From an uncultured virus (IMG/VR IMGVR_UViG_3300012936_000007) (lineage: Duplodnaviria; Heunggongvirae; Uroviricota; Caudoviricetes), in IMG/VR virus record IMGVR_UViG_3300012936_000007: 64,000 nucleotides of DNA; one strand, written 5' to 3'. A program made the position numbers and the translations under genes. Positions 30,601-40,302 of the stretch are shown in pieces; the first letter of the stretch is position 1, and each line of letters starts with the position of its first letter. A model generated the notes under the pieces. It saw only the letters and a list, made by a program, of their open reading frames with translations, ran no database searches and was not told where the DNA came from.

Positions 30601-33600
30601 CAGTTGTAGGTCAGGTTCTAGGTACAGCTAACTTTGGAACTAACAACGCACAAGACCCAACAAACCCAGTAAACTTATCAAACAGTACTGAGGGTGCTGT
30701 TTACGCACCATTCGGTTATACTACTGGAAGAAGTTTCTTGGGTACAAGAACAGGTATTAGTGCTACAGGTGCAAACTCAACAGATACACCAGTAACAGGG
30801 TCAAGTTTTGTTGGTGATATATCTTTCTATGTTGCAAGATATGATAAAATATTTTTACACAAGTCAGGTAAGTTCCAAGTATCAGAAGGAACACCTGCAT
30901 TGTCACCAACTAAACCAAAAGCAGTGGATGATAGTATAGAACTTTTTGAAGTTTATATTCCACCTTATACAAAAGATTTAAAGAATGTTAAAGTTAGGTC
31001 TAAAGACCACCGTAGATTTACTATGGGTGACATTTCTAGGATTAACAATCGTGTTACTAACCTAGAAAGAATTACTTCTTTATCTTTATTAGAAAGAGAC
31101 ACACAAACTAAACAGATTTTAGACGGAGACGGACTTGATAGATTTAAGTCAGGTTTCTTAGTAGATAACTTTAGAGGACATAGAGTTGGTGATGTAAACC
31201 ACCCTGATTATCAGGTTGCGATAGATGTAAAAGCAGGTGCAATGAGACCACAATCTTATTCACAATTCTTTGATATTACATTAAACACTGCGAGTTCTAC
31301 AAACCTTAAAAAGACTGGTGACTTAATTACACTACCATACACTGAAGGAACTTTTGTAAACGCAGATAAGGCTTCTCGTTTAGTAAATGTTAACCCATAT
31401 AGTGTATTCTCATTCCAAGGTTCACTAAAACTAACGCCTGGAACTGATATATGGCAAGATACAGAACAACTTCCTGAAGTAAGAATCAATAGAGAAGGTA
31501 ACTTTGATGCAATTAAATCTTCAGTATCAAATTCACTAGGAACAGTTTGGAACTCATGGCAGACAACATGGGTTGGAGAACCACAAGTTGTATCAACTGA
31601 AGTACAATCAACTTCAAATGGTTCTTGGTCAGGAGACCCAGCACAAGGTGGTGAATGGCAAGCAGGTGAAATTGTAACAAGAGAGATTACAGAAACTGTA
31701 GAAACACAAACAAGAACAGGTGTAACAACAAGTGTTGTAGAAGATTTCGTAGAAACTAGAGGAGACAGAATAGTAAGTGTTTCTCTAATTCCTTTTATAA
31801 GGTCAAGAACAATAGAACTTGATGGTCTAAACCTAAAACCAAATACAAACCATTACTTCTTCTTTGATAATATAAATGTAAATGCATATGTTAGACCTTA
31901 CAATTCGACATATTCACAAGACGGTGGAACAACAGTTACGTCACACTTAAAAACAGACGGTCAAGGAAGATTAAGAGGTTACTTCGATTTACCTAATACT
32001 CCTTCACAAAGATTTGCAACAGGTATGAGAGAAATGAGAATTACTTCTAGTTTCCATAACTTACCTAACCCTGCATCTTCATGTAGTGAAATATATCAGG
32101 CACAGGGACTGTTACAAGCGTCTCAAACTGAAATTACATCTACAAGAAACGGAAGAGTTATATTCGAACAACATACACAACAAAGAGATATTATTTCAAG
32201 AGGTGAGAACATAAACAGGTCTCCAACAGATGAAACGGCACCACCGATTCCTGTAGACCAAACTCCACCACCAGTAACAATTACAGAAGACCCACCTGTA
32301 CTTGCACCAAGTGTTCCTCTTGATGTAGCTGATTTATGGGAACCTAATAGGTGGGAACAATTTGAAGAAATGAGAGGGTGGAGAGACCCACTTGCACAAT
32401 CATTCTTAGTAGAATCACAAGGTGGTATGTTTATGTCTTCAGTAGATGTATACTTTGGAAAGAAAGATTCAACTATGCCTGTTTCTGTAGAAATCAGAAC
32501 TATGCATAATGGTTACCCTGCAAACGTAGTTGTACCATTCTCTACTGTAACAAAAAATCCTGCTGATGTCAACACTTCAACAGACGGTTCAGTTGCAACA
32601 ACATTTACATTTGAATCACCAGTATTCTTAGATGACGGTGTTGAATACTGTTTTGTAGTTTATACAAACTCATCTGATTACGAGTGTTTTGTGTCTAGAA
32701 TGGGAGAAAAAGACCTTGCGACAGGACAAACAATCGCAGAACAACCATACGCAGGTTCATTATTTAAGTCACAAAACAACAGTACATGGACTGCAGAACA
32801 AACAGACGACCTCAAATTCCATTTAAAACGTTGTGTGTTTGATACAACTAAGATACCTTACGTTGTGTTTGATAATGCAGCTTTACCTGAACATATACTA
32901 CAGAACAATCCTATTCAAACATTCTCAGGTCAAAGTTACATTAAAGTATACAGTTATACACATGGTATGTACGATACTTCTTCTAACGTTACATTATCGA
33001 ATGTTAAAGGAGACACTACAGGTTCAGTTCTTACAATCGCAACACCTTCAGTATCAGGAACACCAGTTAACGGAACATATACAAATATAGCAACAACGGG
33101 TGGAACAGGAACAGGTTGTACAGTTGATATTACTGTAGCAAGTGGTTCTGTAACTTCATGTACTATATCTGCAGTAGGTTCAGGATACTTAGATACAGAT
33201 ACATTAACAGTTACAAACTTCGATAGTGGTAATAGTGGAACTGCAGATGCAACAATCGCTATTGATTCAGTTGGTGATACACTAGGTGGAATTCCAGTTG
33301 CAGCTATAAATGCAACATTTACTTCACTCGCACACATAACTATAGATAGTTTCTGCATAACACCATCGTTATCTGCATTTGACTTGAAAGCAGGATATAC
33401 AGCGTCTGTTAATACAGTAGGTGGTGGAAATAGAGAATATGGAAAAGATGCAGACGGTAATGAAATTCTTGTAAATGGTGCGAAAGCAACAAGAAACTAT
33501 TACTTCGATACACTACATACAATGATTCCAAGTGTTGCACAACAAGGAACTAAGATAAGTGCAAAAGTATTTACAACTCCAATGAAGTCACCTGAAGGTG

Positions 33601-34247
33601 TTTTCAGTGGAACAGTTTATACTAAAGGAACAACATCTTATGATATAACACTAAACGATAACTCATGGTTTAGTCACCCAAGTGTGGTTGCATCTCAAAT
33701 CAATGAGACTAATGAAATGAGTGGTGGTAAATCATTTACTATAGGATTACAGTTATATTCAGGTAATCCAAACATATCACCAGTTATTGATGTTGCAACT
33801 ATCGGTGCTCTGGCTATTGGAAATAGATTGGATAACAGAACTAGTGGAACAAGTCCACATACTCCTTTTGTTGACCCAACAGCACCTGATGGTGATTCCA
33901 ATGCAATGGTATACTGTACAAGAAAGGTATCTCTAAAGAATCCTGCACAAGGATTAAGAGTAACAGCAGACTTCTTTAGACCACCAACAACAAGTTTAAA
34001 AGTATTATATAAAGTTCTTAGTAACGATGACGAAACACCATTTGACGATTTGGGTTGGAGATATTTCAATACAGACGGTTCACCTGATATTACAACAGAA
34101 GCAGATGCAAGGAACTTTAAAGAATACGAATTTACTGCAGATGACTTAAACGAGTTTAGTGCATTCGCAGTTAAAATTATAGGACAAGGAACAAATACAT
34201 CAGTAGTACCTATGGTATCTGCATTGAGATGTATTGCGATTGCATAA
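27618..34247 (+). CDS. very large virion structural protein (VrlC/DUF4815-like)
   Basis: TDLNVSPYYDDF...KNFHKVL, Q.RELIQ.QSILQNQIE.FG.H.FKEGS, RFKSGFLVDNF, DPLAQSF, LR.IA.A end. Confidence 0.85.
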   Translation: MTEKTDLNVSPYYDDFSEDKNFHKVLYRSGRALQSRELIQSQSILQNQIERFGDHMFKEGSIVQGCQSSLDLEVYFVKVKSSNPNSSGDANSETYRTASHTKYYQGKTTGVVAQVITSTAETSDDPLTLFVKYVRQGTDSGNSFTFSPAEEIQEVTLGADGTPSIVSSNNNEFELKAKTDADDPNGLASLANIKEGIVFVRGFFVKVPTQELLLEKYSGKPSYRVGLTLVESLISSTADTSLLDNSQGTSNENSTGADRLKIECTLSKYSLTDTTDTDFVELIRVNEGLIEIQINKPIYGAIENTMARRTFDANGDFVTQQFTHSLREHLDDTTNRGFYTKVNGGREDSFVLQVSPGKAYVKGYEIDKIGTTTVALQKSRGTATLDNANTPIRIGNFIRVKNTHSLPEFGNESGEEALDPYKSVELWDSTISSAGTKPTATKQIGIARVRNIDLHSGTDTSGVYDDTSLYNLYLFDIKMFTKITGTTSGASFVIGDKVVGSVSGATGIVATTVASGGGQILVHDVVGTFTDADAISAVGASSSAAIANVTAVRTYNIDRARSITQTPNQTNNEIFTADIHPDSDTILTGTCSISSANLTGFGTKFTTELKEGDIIIDGAGAEKIIQSVTSDIAATLTSNGAAMSNANCTRRRVRLFNQDQTAAIASWPRDFVKTHTGESIQIRRQKTVKVGSGGFTIVASDGTFAARNTDNFTIAVVEEKAGGSFSNGDLINIEDLTTNVSTSGSGQQIAFSGINTNNNDAVLKVTYTVTVQDPVAKTKALRRARCLGVESARSANGFYGTAYDDEEISLGVPDVHKIKGIYEGTGGVTPLPPNATFTVSSGTFQNYETVVGQTSDARAVIISTGGTTYFYYISGTLVNTESVVGQTSGAVATLSNVSAGGANITSRYFFDNGQRDGYYDLAKLVLKPGQPKPNNKLLIVFDYFAPSGAGDYFDVESYSAIDYDEIPVYSPSRVDLGGLEPDGTFELSDCVDFRPVVGQVLGTANFGTNNAQDPTNPVNLSNSTEGAVYAPFGYTTGRSFLGTRTGISATGANSTDTPVTGSSFVGDISFYVARYDKIFLHKSGKFQVSEGTPALSPTKPKAVDDSIELFEVYIPPYTKDLKNVKVRSKDHRRFTMGDISRINNRVTNLERITSLSLLERDTQTKQILDGDGLDRFKSGFLVDNFRGHRVGDVNHPDYQVAIDVKAGAMRPQSYSQFFDITLNTASSTNLKKTGDLITLPYTEGTFVNADKASRLVNVNPYSVFSFQGSLKLTPGTDIWQDTEQLPEVRINREGNFDAIKSSVSNSLGTVWNSWQTTWVGEPQVVSTEVQSTSNGSWSGDPAQGGEWQAGEIVTREITETVETQTRTGVTTSVVEDFVETRGDRIVSVSLIPFIRSRTIELDGLNLKPNTNHYFFFDNINVNAYVRPYNSTYSQDGGTTVTSHLKTDGQGRLRGYFDLPNTPSQRFATGMREMRITSSFHNLPNPASSCSEIYQAQGLLQASQTEITSTRNGRVIFEQHTQQRDIISRGENINRSPTDETAPPIPVDQTPPPVTITEDPPVLAPSVPLDVADLWEPNRWEQFEEMRGWRDPLAQSFLVESQGGMFMSSVDVYFGKKDSTMPVSVEIRTMHNGYPANVVVPFSTVTKNPADVNTSTDGSVATTFTFESPVFLDDGVEYCFVVYTNSSDYECFVSRMGEKDLATGQTIAEQPYAGSLFKSQNNSTWTAEQTDDLKFHLKRCVFDTTKIPYVVFDNAALPEHILQNNPIQTFSGQSYIKVYSYTHGMYDTSSNVTLSNVKGDTTGSVLTIATPSVSGTPVNGTYTNIATTGGTGTGCTVDITVASGSVTSCTISAVGSGYLDTDTLTVTNFDSGNSGTADATIAIDSVGDTLGGIPVAAINATFTSLAHITIDSFCITPSLSAFDLKAGYTASVNTVGGGNREYGKDADGNEILVNGAKATRNYYFDTLHTMIPSVAQQGTKISAKVFTTPMKSPEGVFSGTVYTKGTTSYDITLNDNSWFSHPSVVASQINETNEMSGGKSFTIGLQLYSGNPNISPVIDVATIGALAIGNRLDNRTSGTSPHTPFVDPTAPDGDSNAMVYCTRKVSLKNPAQGLRVTADFFRPPTTSLKVLYKVLSNDDETPFDDLGWRYFNTDGSPDITTEADARNFKEYEFTADDLNEFSAFAVKIIGQGTNTSVVPMVSALRCIAIA

Positions 34248-34459
34248 TGAGTGAATATATAAAAGTTGACGGACACTCTACTTTACTAAGAGATGAACAT
34301 TCAACTGCAATAGTTAGTAATGATACGAACTCATATGAACTGTACAAAAGAAGAAGAGAGACATTCAAAGTTCAAAAAAATGAGATAAATACATTAAAGG
34401 ATGAAGTGAGTGAAATTAAAAACTTATTGAACATATTAATAGAGAAGGTAAATGGCTAA
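34247..34459 (+). CDS. small coiled-coil hypothetical protein
   Basis: Start placed at the TAATG overlap (34247); KV.GH..L.RD..S.AI motif, usual downstream of VrlC-like genes. Confidence 0.7.
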   Translation: MSEYIKVDGHSTLLRDEHSTAIVSNDTNSYELYKRRRETFKVQKNEINTLKDEVSEIKNLLNILIEKVNG

Positions 34460-35663
34460 AACAGTAGACCAATTCAGTACACTAGAAGACTTTAGAAAAA
34501 AGTATAACGAACTTGCAGTAGATGTAGGCGAGAAGTCTGGCTTACGCACAACTTCTACTGGAACACTAGTCGATGCACTTAATAGTTTAGAAGATAAATC
34601 ATTCTTCTTCCAAGAATTCGTATTCCAAGCAACTGCATCACAAACAACATTTACTGGTGCAGATACATTCGGTAACACTCTTTTAATGAGAAAGGATAGA
34701 ATCCAAGTATTTAAAAACGGTGTTCATTTATTAGACGGTACAGATTTTAACATTACAGGTTCAGATGCACAAGGAAACTTTTCAAATGTTGTATTAACTT
34801 CAGGTGCAAGTAATGGTGATAAAATTGTTATCTATTCGTTTACAGGTTCTTATCTAGGTGTTCAAGCGTCTACAAGTGGTGCAGGTGGATTCTTTACAGA
34901 AACAGCTGCAAATACAATTTACAATACTAACACGGACGGTGTTATATTAAACGGAGACGGTGCTCCGAATCAAACAACAACACTACAATCAGGATTCACT
35001 ATACAACTTGCAGGTAAAACGTATGTAGAAGACGATATGCAATTTGTAAATAATAAAAGTATAACCATAGGTGGAAGTGGAAGATTTGTTGGTGACCTAA
35101 ACGGTAATGCAGATACAGTAACAAATGGAGTTTACACTTCAGATACTAATACAGTTACTGGAACAATGATTGCAAACAATACTGTTACAAATAATAACCT
35201 AGTAAACTCAACTACTACTGTAGGTACAACTGCAATTACTTTAGGTGGAAGTGCAACAACTATTGCAGGACTTTCAAGTGTTACCTCAACAGATTTTGTC
35301 GGTAATTTAACAGGTAATGCGACAACTTCGTCAACAACTGCATCAATAAGTGGTCATAATATACATGATTTAGCAAATGTATCTTCAAGTGCAACACCTT
35401 CAACAGGACAGGTATTGTCTTGGACTGGTTCTGCATGGTCAAATACAAACCCAGCTGCAACCTTTACACAAGCAGATGCTAGAAATGCAATTTCAGGTGG
35501 AGACGGTATCTCATACGATAGCTCAAGTGGCGTAATTTCAAATGATGTGGAAAATGGTATAATTATCGCTGGTGGCAAAACAGAATTGGATTACGAAACG
35601 GTAAGTTCTGCACCTTCAGGTGTTGGAAGCACTGCAACAGGACATTTATGGTTCGTTATATAA
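34452..35663 (+). CDS. tail fibre-like structural protein
   Basis: TLEDFRKKYNEL N-terminus; G/T/S-rich; GNLTGNA repeats; ends SSAPSG...GHLWFVI. Confidence 0.7.
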   Translation: MAKTVDQFSTLEDFRKKYNELAVDVGEKSGLRTTSTGTLVDALNSLEDKSFFFQEFVFQATASQTTFTGADTFGNTLLMRKDRIQVFKNGVHLLDGTDFNITGSDAQGNFSNVVLTSGASNGDKIVIYSFTGSYLGVQASTSGAGGFFTETAANTIYNTNTDGVILNGDGAPNQTTTLQSGFTIQLAGKTYVEDDMQFVNNKSITIGGSGRFVGDLNGNADTVTNGVYTSDTNTVTGTMIANNTVTNNNLVNSTTTVGTTAITLGGSATTIAGLSSVTSTDFVGNLTGNATTSSTTASISGHNIHDLANVSSSATPSTGQVLSWTGSAWSNTNPAATFTQADARNAISGGDGISYDSSSGVISNDVENGIIIAGGKTELDYETVSSAPSGVGSTATGHLWFVI

Positions 35664-35672
35664 GATTATGTT

Positions 35673-37319
35673 ATGTCAGATGAAATTTATATAAACACTG
35701 GTACGAGTTTTCAACAACAGTACACTGCAAGACAACCTGCGATAGGTACTGCTCCCGTTACTGCACAATACGATGCACAAGGAAACGCAAACCAACAACA
35801 ACCTTACACTTATCAGGATAGGGCACCTTACACTTTCCAAGCAACTGGAAGGACACCGTATATCGCAAATGCACAATCTCCTTATCCTTATATAGCAAAT
35901 AATCAGACACCTTATATTGCGAATAAGCAAAATCCTTATCCGTATCCTGCATCTGCACAAAATCCATATCCTTATATCGCAAATGCACAACAACCTTATC
36001 CGTATATTGCAAATAGTCGGAGTCCATATCCTGCATCTGCTCAACAACCGTATCCATATCCTGCAAATGCACAACAACCGTATCCGTATATTGCTAACGC
36101 ACAACAACCGTATCCGTATATAGCAAATAGTCAGACTCCATTTACATATCAGAACAGGTCACCTTCAACAACTCCTATTTCAACAGCACAAGGACAGAAT
36201 CCTTATATTGCAAATAGACAAACACCTTATCCTGCAATCGGAACAACACAAGCTAGGACTCCTGTTAATATACAAACACCTTTGGGGAGTGGAATACAAC
36301 ATACTAAACAAGATAATACTACAGCAGGAAGTACAACTGTACAATTTGAGGGTAGTGAATCAGCACAAGGATATATTGTTTATCGTAGTATTCAACTTAG
36401 GTTTAGAGTACATTGGTGGAGACATTCAAATGGATATGGTTATGCATATTGGTATGTAAGAAGAGGAAATCCCTACGATGAAATGAGTGTTCAACAAGCA
36501 AATGTATATTTGTCAACAGGAACTGTTTCTTACTCTCAGACTGCATGGAGACTAGTTGAACAGTGGAGTTTTTGGAATAGTATATTCCCCGACTCAATTA
36601 GTGTTGGTAATGCAGGTGTATCCGTTGAATCAGGATATAGTCACCCTGTAACTTGTACTACAGGTTCTAATACAACTGCAAGTGCTCAATTACAAAAAAC
36701 TTATTCTTGGGAATGTGAGGAAGGGTATGTAGTTCCTTTTGGTGGAACTAGAACTGGTACTTTGACAATGGTTCCCACAGCAACAAAATCAGGTTATACA
36801 AATTTAACTGGTGGTAGTCATGGTTGTTATTATCATTTCCAACTGTATTGTAGTTGGAGTTGTTTCCTTGCTGGAACTAAAATCTTATTAGAAGATAACA
36901 CTACTAAAAATATCGAGGATATGCAGGAAGGGGATAAAGTAATTGGTAAAGACGGTATAGTAAATGCAGTTAAAGAAGTAAACATAAGAAACACGACAGA
37001 TAAAGCAGTCTATACTATAAATGGTTCATTTAAAACAACTGAAGCACACCCATTACTTACAACAGATGGGTGGAAGTCTTGTAATGCAACTGCAGGTCAA
37101 GAGGCACACCCTGAATTAAATATAACAGAACTTGTGGTTGGAGATAAATTATTAAAAGACGCTGGAAACGCAAATGGAGATACAGTAGAAGAAGAAATAA
37201 CTTCATTAACAGTTGAGACCCCTGCAGGAACTACTACATTATATAATTTAGACGTAACAGATTCACCATCGGGGAATGATACTTATGTAGCTGACGGTTA
37301 CATAGTACATAACAAATAA
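35673..37319 (+). CDS. Q/P/Y decapeptide-repeat protein with C-terminal Hint domain (cassette 1, gene A)
   Basis: (IANAQQPYPY)n; Hint block A CFLAGT at 36861, block B TTEAHP, terminal YIVHN-K-stop. Confidence 0.8.
   Translation: MSDEIYINTGTSFQQQYTARQPAIGTAPVTAQYDAQGNANQQQPYTYQDRAPYTFQATGRTPYIANAQSPYPYIANNQTPYIANKQNPYPYPASAQNPYPYIANAQQPYPYIANSRSPYPASAQQPYPYPANAQQPYPYIANAQQPYPYIANSQTPFTYQNRSPSTTPISTAQGQNPYIANRQTPYPAIGTTQARTPVNIQTPLGSGIQHTKQDNTTAGSTTVQFEGSESAQGYIVYRSIQLRFRVHWWRHSNGYGYAYWYVRRGNPYDEMSVQQANVYLSTGTVSYSQTAWRLVEQWSFWNSIFPDSISVGNAGVSVESGYSHPVTCTTGSNTTASAQLQKTYSWECEEGYVVPFGGTRTGTLTMVPTATKSGYTNLTGGSHGCYYHFQLYCSWSCFLAGTKILLEDNTTKNIEDMQEGDKVIGKDGIVNAVKEVNIRNTTDKAVYTINGSFKTTEAHPLLTTDGWKSCNATAGQEAHPELNITELVVGDKLLKDAGNANGDTVEEEITSLTVETPAGTTTLYNLDVTDSPSGNDTYVADGYIVHNK
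35855..36150 (+). repeat. coding tandem repeat, about 30/24-nt units
   Basis: Degenerate GCAAATGCACAACAACCGTATCCGTATATT units. Confidence 0.85.
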
Positions 37320-38047
37320 TGGCAACTTGGAACGCAAATAGACAACCTTCGATTGGACAACAACCGTTTATCCAACCGACTCAATATACTGCAAGACAAC
37401 CTGCTGAATATCAGGCACGTCAACCGTTTCCATATTCTTATCAGCAACCTGTACAGTCTCCTTATATTGCAAACGCAAGACAGCCTGGAACATATACAAG
37501 ACAAGGTCAGACTCCATTCACATATGCAAGACAAGGTAGGACTCCATTTACTTATCAAGCGACAGGTAGGACACCTTTTACATACCAAGCACAACAGCCT
37601 GGAACATATGCAAGACAAGGTCAGACACCATTTACATATTCTAGACAGGGTCTTACACCTGTAACTTATCAAGCGACAGGTAGAACACCTTCAACTTATC
37701 AAAACAGACAGCCTGGGACTTACGCACGACAAGGTCAAACACCTTCTACATATACAAGTCAACAACCTTATCCATTTATTGCACAAGGACAACAACCGTT
37801 TATTGCACAAGGAAGAACACCAGTTATTTACCAAGTGCCTTACACTACTCAGTATACTTTCCAACAACCTTATCCATATCAGGTTACATATACTGCGACA
37901 AGAACTATCGGCCCAGTTGCAAAAGTAAAAGGAATATACATAAATGACAATGGAACGTTAAGAAAACTTGACGAAGTTTATGTGAATGATAGTGGAACAT
38001 TAGAAAAAATTCACCAAAAAGTCCCGACTGCTCAGTTCGGACTATAA
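37319..38047 (+). CDS. Q/P/Y/T repeat protein (cassette 1, gene B)
   Basis: RQGQTPFTY / RQPGTY repeats; C-terminal KGIYIND.G..RKLDEVYVNDSG motif; TAATG coupling. Confidence 0.75.
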   Translation: MATWNANRQPSIGQQPFIQPTQYTARQPAEYQARQPFPYSYQQPVQSPYIANARQPGTYTRQGQTPFTYARQGRTPFTYQATGRTPFTYQAQQPGTYARQGQTPFTYSRQGLTPVTYQATGRTPSTYQNRQPGTYARQGQTPSTYTSQQPYPFIAQGQQPFIAQGRTPVIYQVPYTTQYTFQQPYPYQVTYTATRTIGPVAKVKGIYINDNGTLRKLDEVYVNDSGTLEKIHQKVPTAQFGL

Positions 38048-38052
38048 ACTGG

Positions 38053-38060
38053 TCTAAATA
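38053..38060 (+). promoter_or_regulatory. late promoter variant
   Basis: TCTAAATA followed by GTAGTATG, the same spacing as the TATAAATA site at 41619. Confidence 0.6.
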
Positions 38061-38065
38061 GTAGT

Positions 38066-38401
38066 ATGGCCATTATAGCAAACATTTTTATAGACCAAGG
38101 TGCAGACTTCTCAATCACTGTAGATGTATCAGATGCAAATGGTAACCAATTAAATTTAACAGGATATTCAGCAGCTGCACAAATGAGAAAGACTTATGAG
38201 TCTTCAAGTATAAGTGCAACTTTTACTACGTCTATAGCTGCAGCTGATGGTCAAGTGACTTTGTCCTTAACTGATACTGTAACAACTGCATTATCGCCAG
38301 GCAGATATGTGTATGATTTAGTAGTTACAGACGGTTCTAGTATATCAACTAGAGTCGTTGAAGGACAAGCAATAGTAACACCTGGCGTAACGAGGTCATA
38401 A
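38066..38401 (+). CDS. virion structural protein (Ig-like/BppU-like)
   Basis: ANI.IDQGADF, NLTGYS.AAQMRK, GRYVYD, RVVEG...VTPGVT. Confidence 0.7.
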   Translation: MAIIANIFIDQGADFSITVDVSDANGNQLNLTGYSAAAQMRKTYESSSISATFTTSIAAADGQVTLSLTDTVTTALSPGRYVYDLVVTDGSSISTRVVEGQAIVTPGVTRS

Positions 38402-38643
38402 TGGCAATAAAAGGAACACTAAGTAGAGTCGCAACCATAGGCGGAAATGTCGTTGGTGCAGGAAATATTCGTGCAAAACAGGTTGCAGTTGGTAACGCAA
38501 GTACGAATGTTAACTTAACTTCAAAATCAATAAATGAATTACAGGACGTAGATGCAACTGAGACTGATGACGGATTTCTTCAGTACGATTCATCAACAGA
38601 TAAATGGAAAACTGCTACCGTTATAGACGGTGGGACGTTCTAA
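38401..38643 (+). CDS. small structural protein ending IDGGTF
   Basis: L.DVD......G.L.YD....KW motif followed by IDGGTF. Confidence 0.65.
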   Translation: MAIKGTLSRVATIGGNVVGAGNIRAKQVAVGNASTNVNLTSKSINELQDVDATETDDGFLQYDSSTDKWKTATVIDGGTF

Positions 38644-38646
38644 TCA

Positions 38647-38654
38647 TATAAATA
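38647..38654 (+). promoter_or_regulatory. T4 late promoter
   Basis: TATAAATA followed by a ~135 nt structured leader. Confidence 0.75.
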
Positions 38655-38792
38655 ATCATACAAATCAAGGATACCAACCAGTGAGGTATCGACCCACATT
38701 GTGAGTGGATAGAATTTTTAAAATTATGAAATCAAGACCTGAATAGTGCAAGGTCGAAAAAACTAAACTTAATTTTTATAGGAAAATAAGAA

Positions 38793-40280
38793 ATGGCAAC
38801 AGTAATTCAAATCAAACGAAGCACAGGAGTCAGTGCGCCAACTACGAGTAATCTCGCAGAAGGTGAATTGGCATATGTGCAAGATAGGTCGAATTCAGGT
38901 GCTGGTGCAAAACTATACATTGAGTCAGTAGATTCTGATAACTCTACTGCCCTGATTCACGCAATCGGTGGTAAGTACTATACAGATATTCTTGCTGGTT
39001 CAACTGCAACTCCTGCTGACTTTAAAGTCGGTAATGGTTCCTCTACTGGTGGTTCTTTAAAATTAATGGAAGATACGGACAATGGTTCACACTTCATTGG
39101 TTTAAAAGCACCCAATAGTGTAGGTTCAAGTGTAACATTTACACTGCCAGGAGCAGACGGTTCTGCAAACCAAGTACTTGGAACAGACGGAAGTGGAACA
39201 CTTTCATTTCTATCAACAACTTCAACTCTTGCTGGTGCATCAGACTCAGATATTTCTTCACCAAGTGGCGGACATATTCTTGTTCACGATGGTTCAGATT
39301 CATTTGACAACGTTGCAGTTTCAGGAGACGCTACATTAGCTTCTAATGGTGCATTAACAATCTCTGCAGGTGCAGTTGATTTCGCAATGTTAGCCGCAGG
39401 TGCAGTAGTATTAGAGTCAGAAGGTATCGGTTCTAACGATAATGATACCACTATACCAACCTCAGCTGCAGTTAAGGACTATGTTGATACTAACGTAACA
39501 GCACAAGACTTAGACCTTGCAGGTGATTCAGGAACAGGTGCAGTAGATTTAGACTCACAATCATTAACAATCGCTGGTACAGCGAATGAGATTGAGACAT
39601 CAATGTCAGGACAAACTTTAACAGTTGGTCTTCCTGATAACGTAACAGTTGGTGGAAACTTAACAGTAAGTGGAAACATGGTAACTGATGATATTACAAC
39701 GGCAACGTTGACTACTTCAGGAAACTTAACAGTTACAGGTAACTTATCTGTTAATGGAACTACAACAACAGTTAACTCAACAACAGTTAACATTGCAGAC
39801 CCAGTCTTTGAAATAGGTTCAGATTCTTCTGATGATAACCTAGACAGAGGTATCAAATTTAAGTACAACGATAGTGGTGCTAAACTTGGTTTCTTTGGTA
39901 TGGACGATTCAACTGGTAAGTTCGTTGCATTAAAAGCTGCGACAGATTCTTCTTCAGTGTTCTCAGGAACAGCAATGCCTGCTGTATTTGGTGCATTAGA
40001 AGTATCATCAGTTGCAATGTCAGGTTCAATTTCGAACTATGCTGGTTCAGCTCCTACAGATGGTCAAGTTCTAATTGGTGATACATCAGGTGGAGTTTTT
40101 GATGCAGCTACTCTTACTGCTGGTGAGGGTATAGACATCACTAACGGTGCAGGTGCAATCACAATCGCTGGTGAAGATGCGACAACCTCTAATAAAGGTA
40201 TCGCTTCATTTGCAAGTGCAAACTTCACAGTATCAAGTGGTGCAGTTTCAATAACAGCAATAGACGGCGGTACATTCTAA
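38793..40280 (+). CDS. tail fibre-like protein
   Basis: IQIKRS...P....L..GELAY N-terminal module; GNLTV.G repeats; ends IDGGTF. Confidence 0.75.
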   Translation: MATVIQIKRSTGVSAPTTSNLAEGELAYVQDRSNSGAGAKLYIESVDSDNSTALIHAIGGKYYTDILAGSTATPADFKVGNGSSTGGSLKLMEDTDNGSHFIGLKAPNSVGSSVTFTLPGADGSANQVLGTDGSGTLSFLSTTSTLAGASDSDISSPSGGHILVHDGSDSFDNVAVSGDATLASNGALTISAGAVDFAMLAAGAVVLESEGIGSNDNDTTIPTSAAVKDYVDTNVTAQDLDLAGDSGTGAVDLDSQSLTIAGTANEIETSMSGQTLTVGLPDNVTVGGNLTVSGNMVTDDITTATLTTSGNLTVTGNLSVNGTTTTVNSTTVNIADPVFEIGSDSSDDNLDRGIKFKYNDSGAKLGFFGMDDSTGKFVALKAATDSSSVFSGTAMPAVFGALEVSSVAMSGSISNYAGSAPTDGQVLIGDTSGGVFDAATLTAGEGIDITNGAGAITIAGEDATTSNKGIASFASANFTVSSGAVSITAIDGGTF

Positions 40281-40302
40281 GTATTATTAATAGGAGTCAA
40301 TA

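Noticed and set aside
34229..34246. ORF-track start at 34229
   Set aside because: ATG 34247 overlapping the upstream stop (TAATG) fits the coupling pattern seen throughout the window
37300..37325. Frameshift or readthrough fusing gene A to gene B to supply a C-extein
   Set aside because: Ordinary TAATG coupling, no slippery heptamer, and a stop codon in gene B's frame three codons upstream of its ATG
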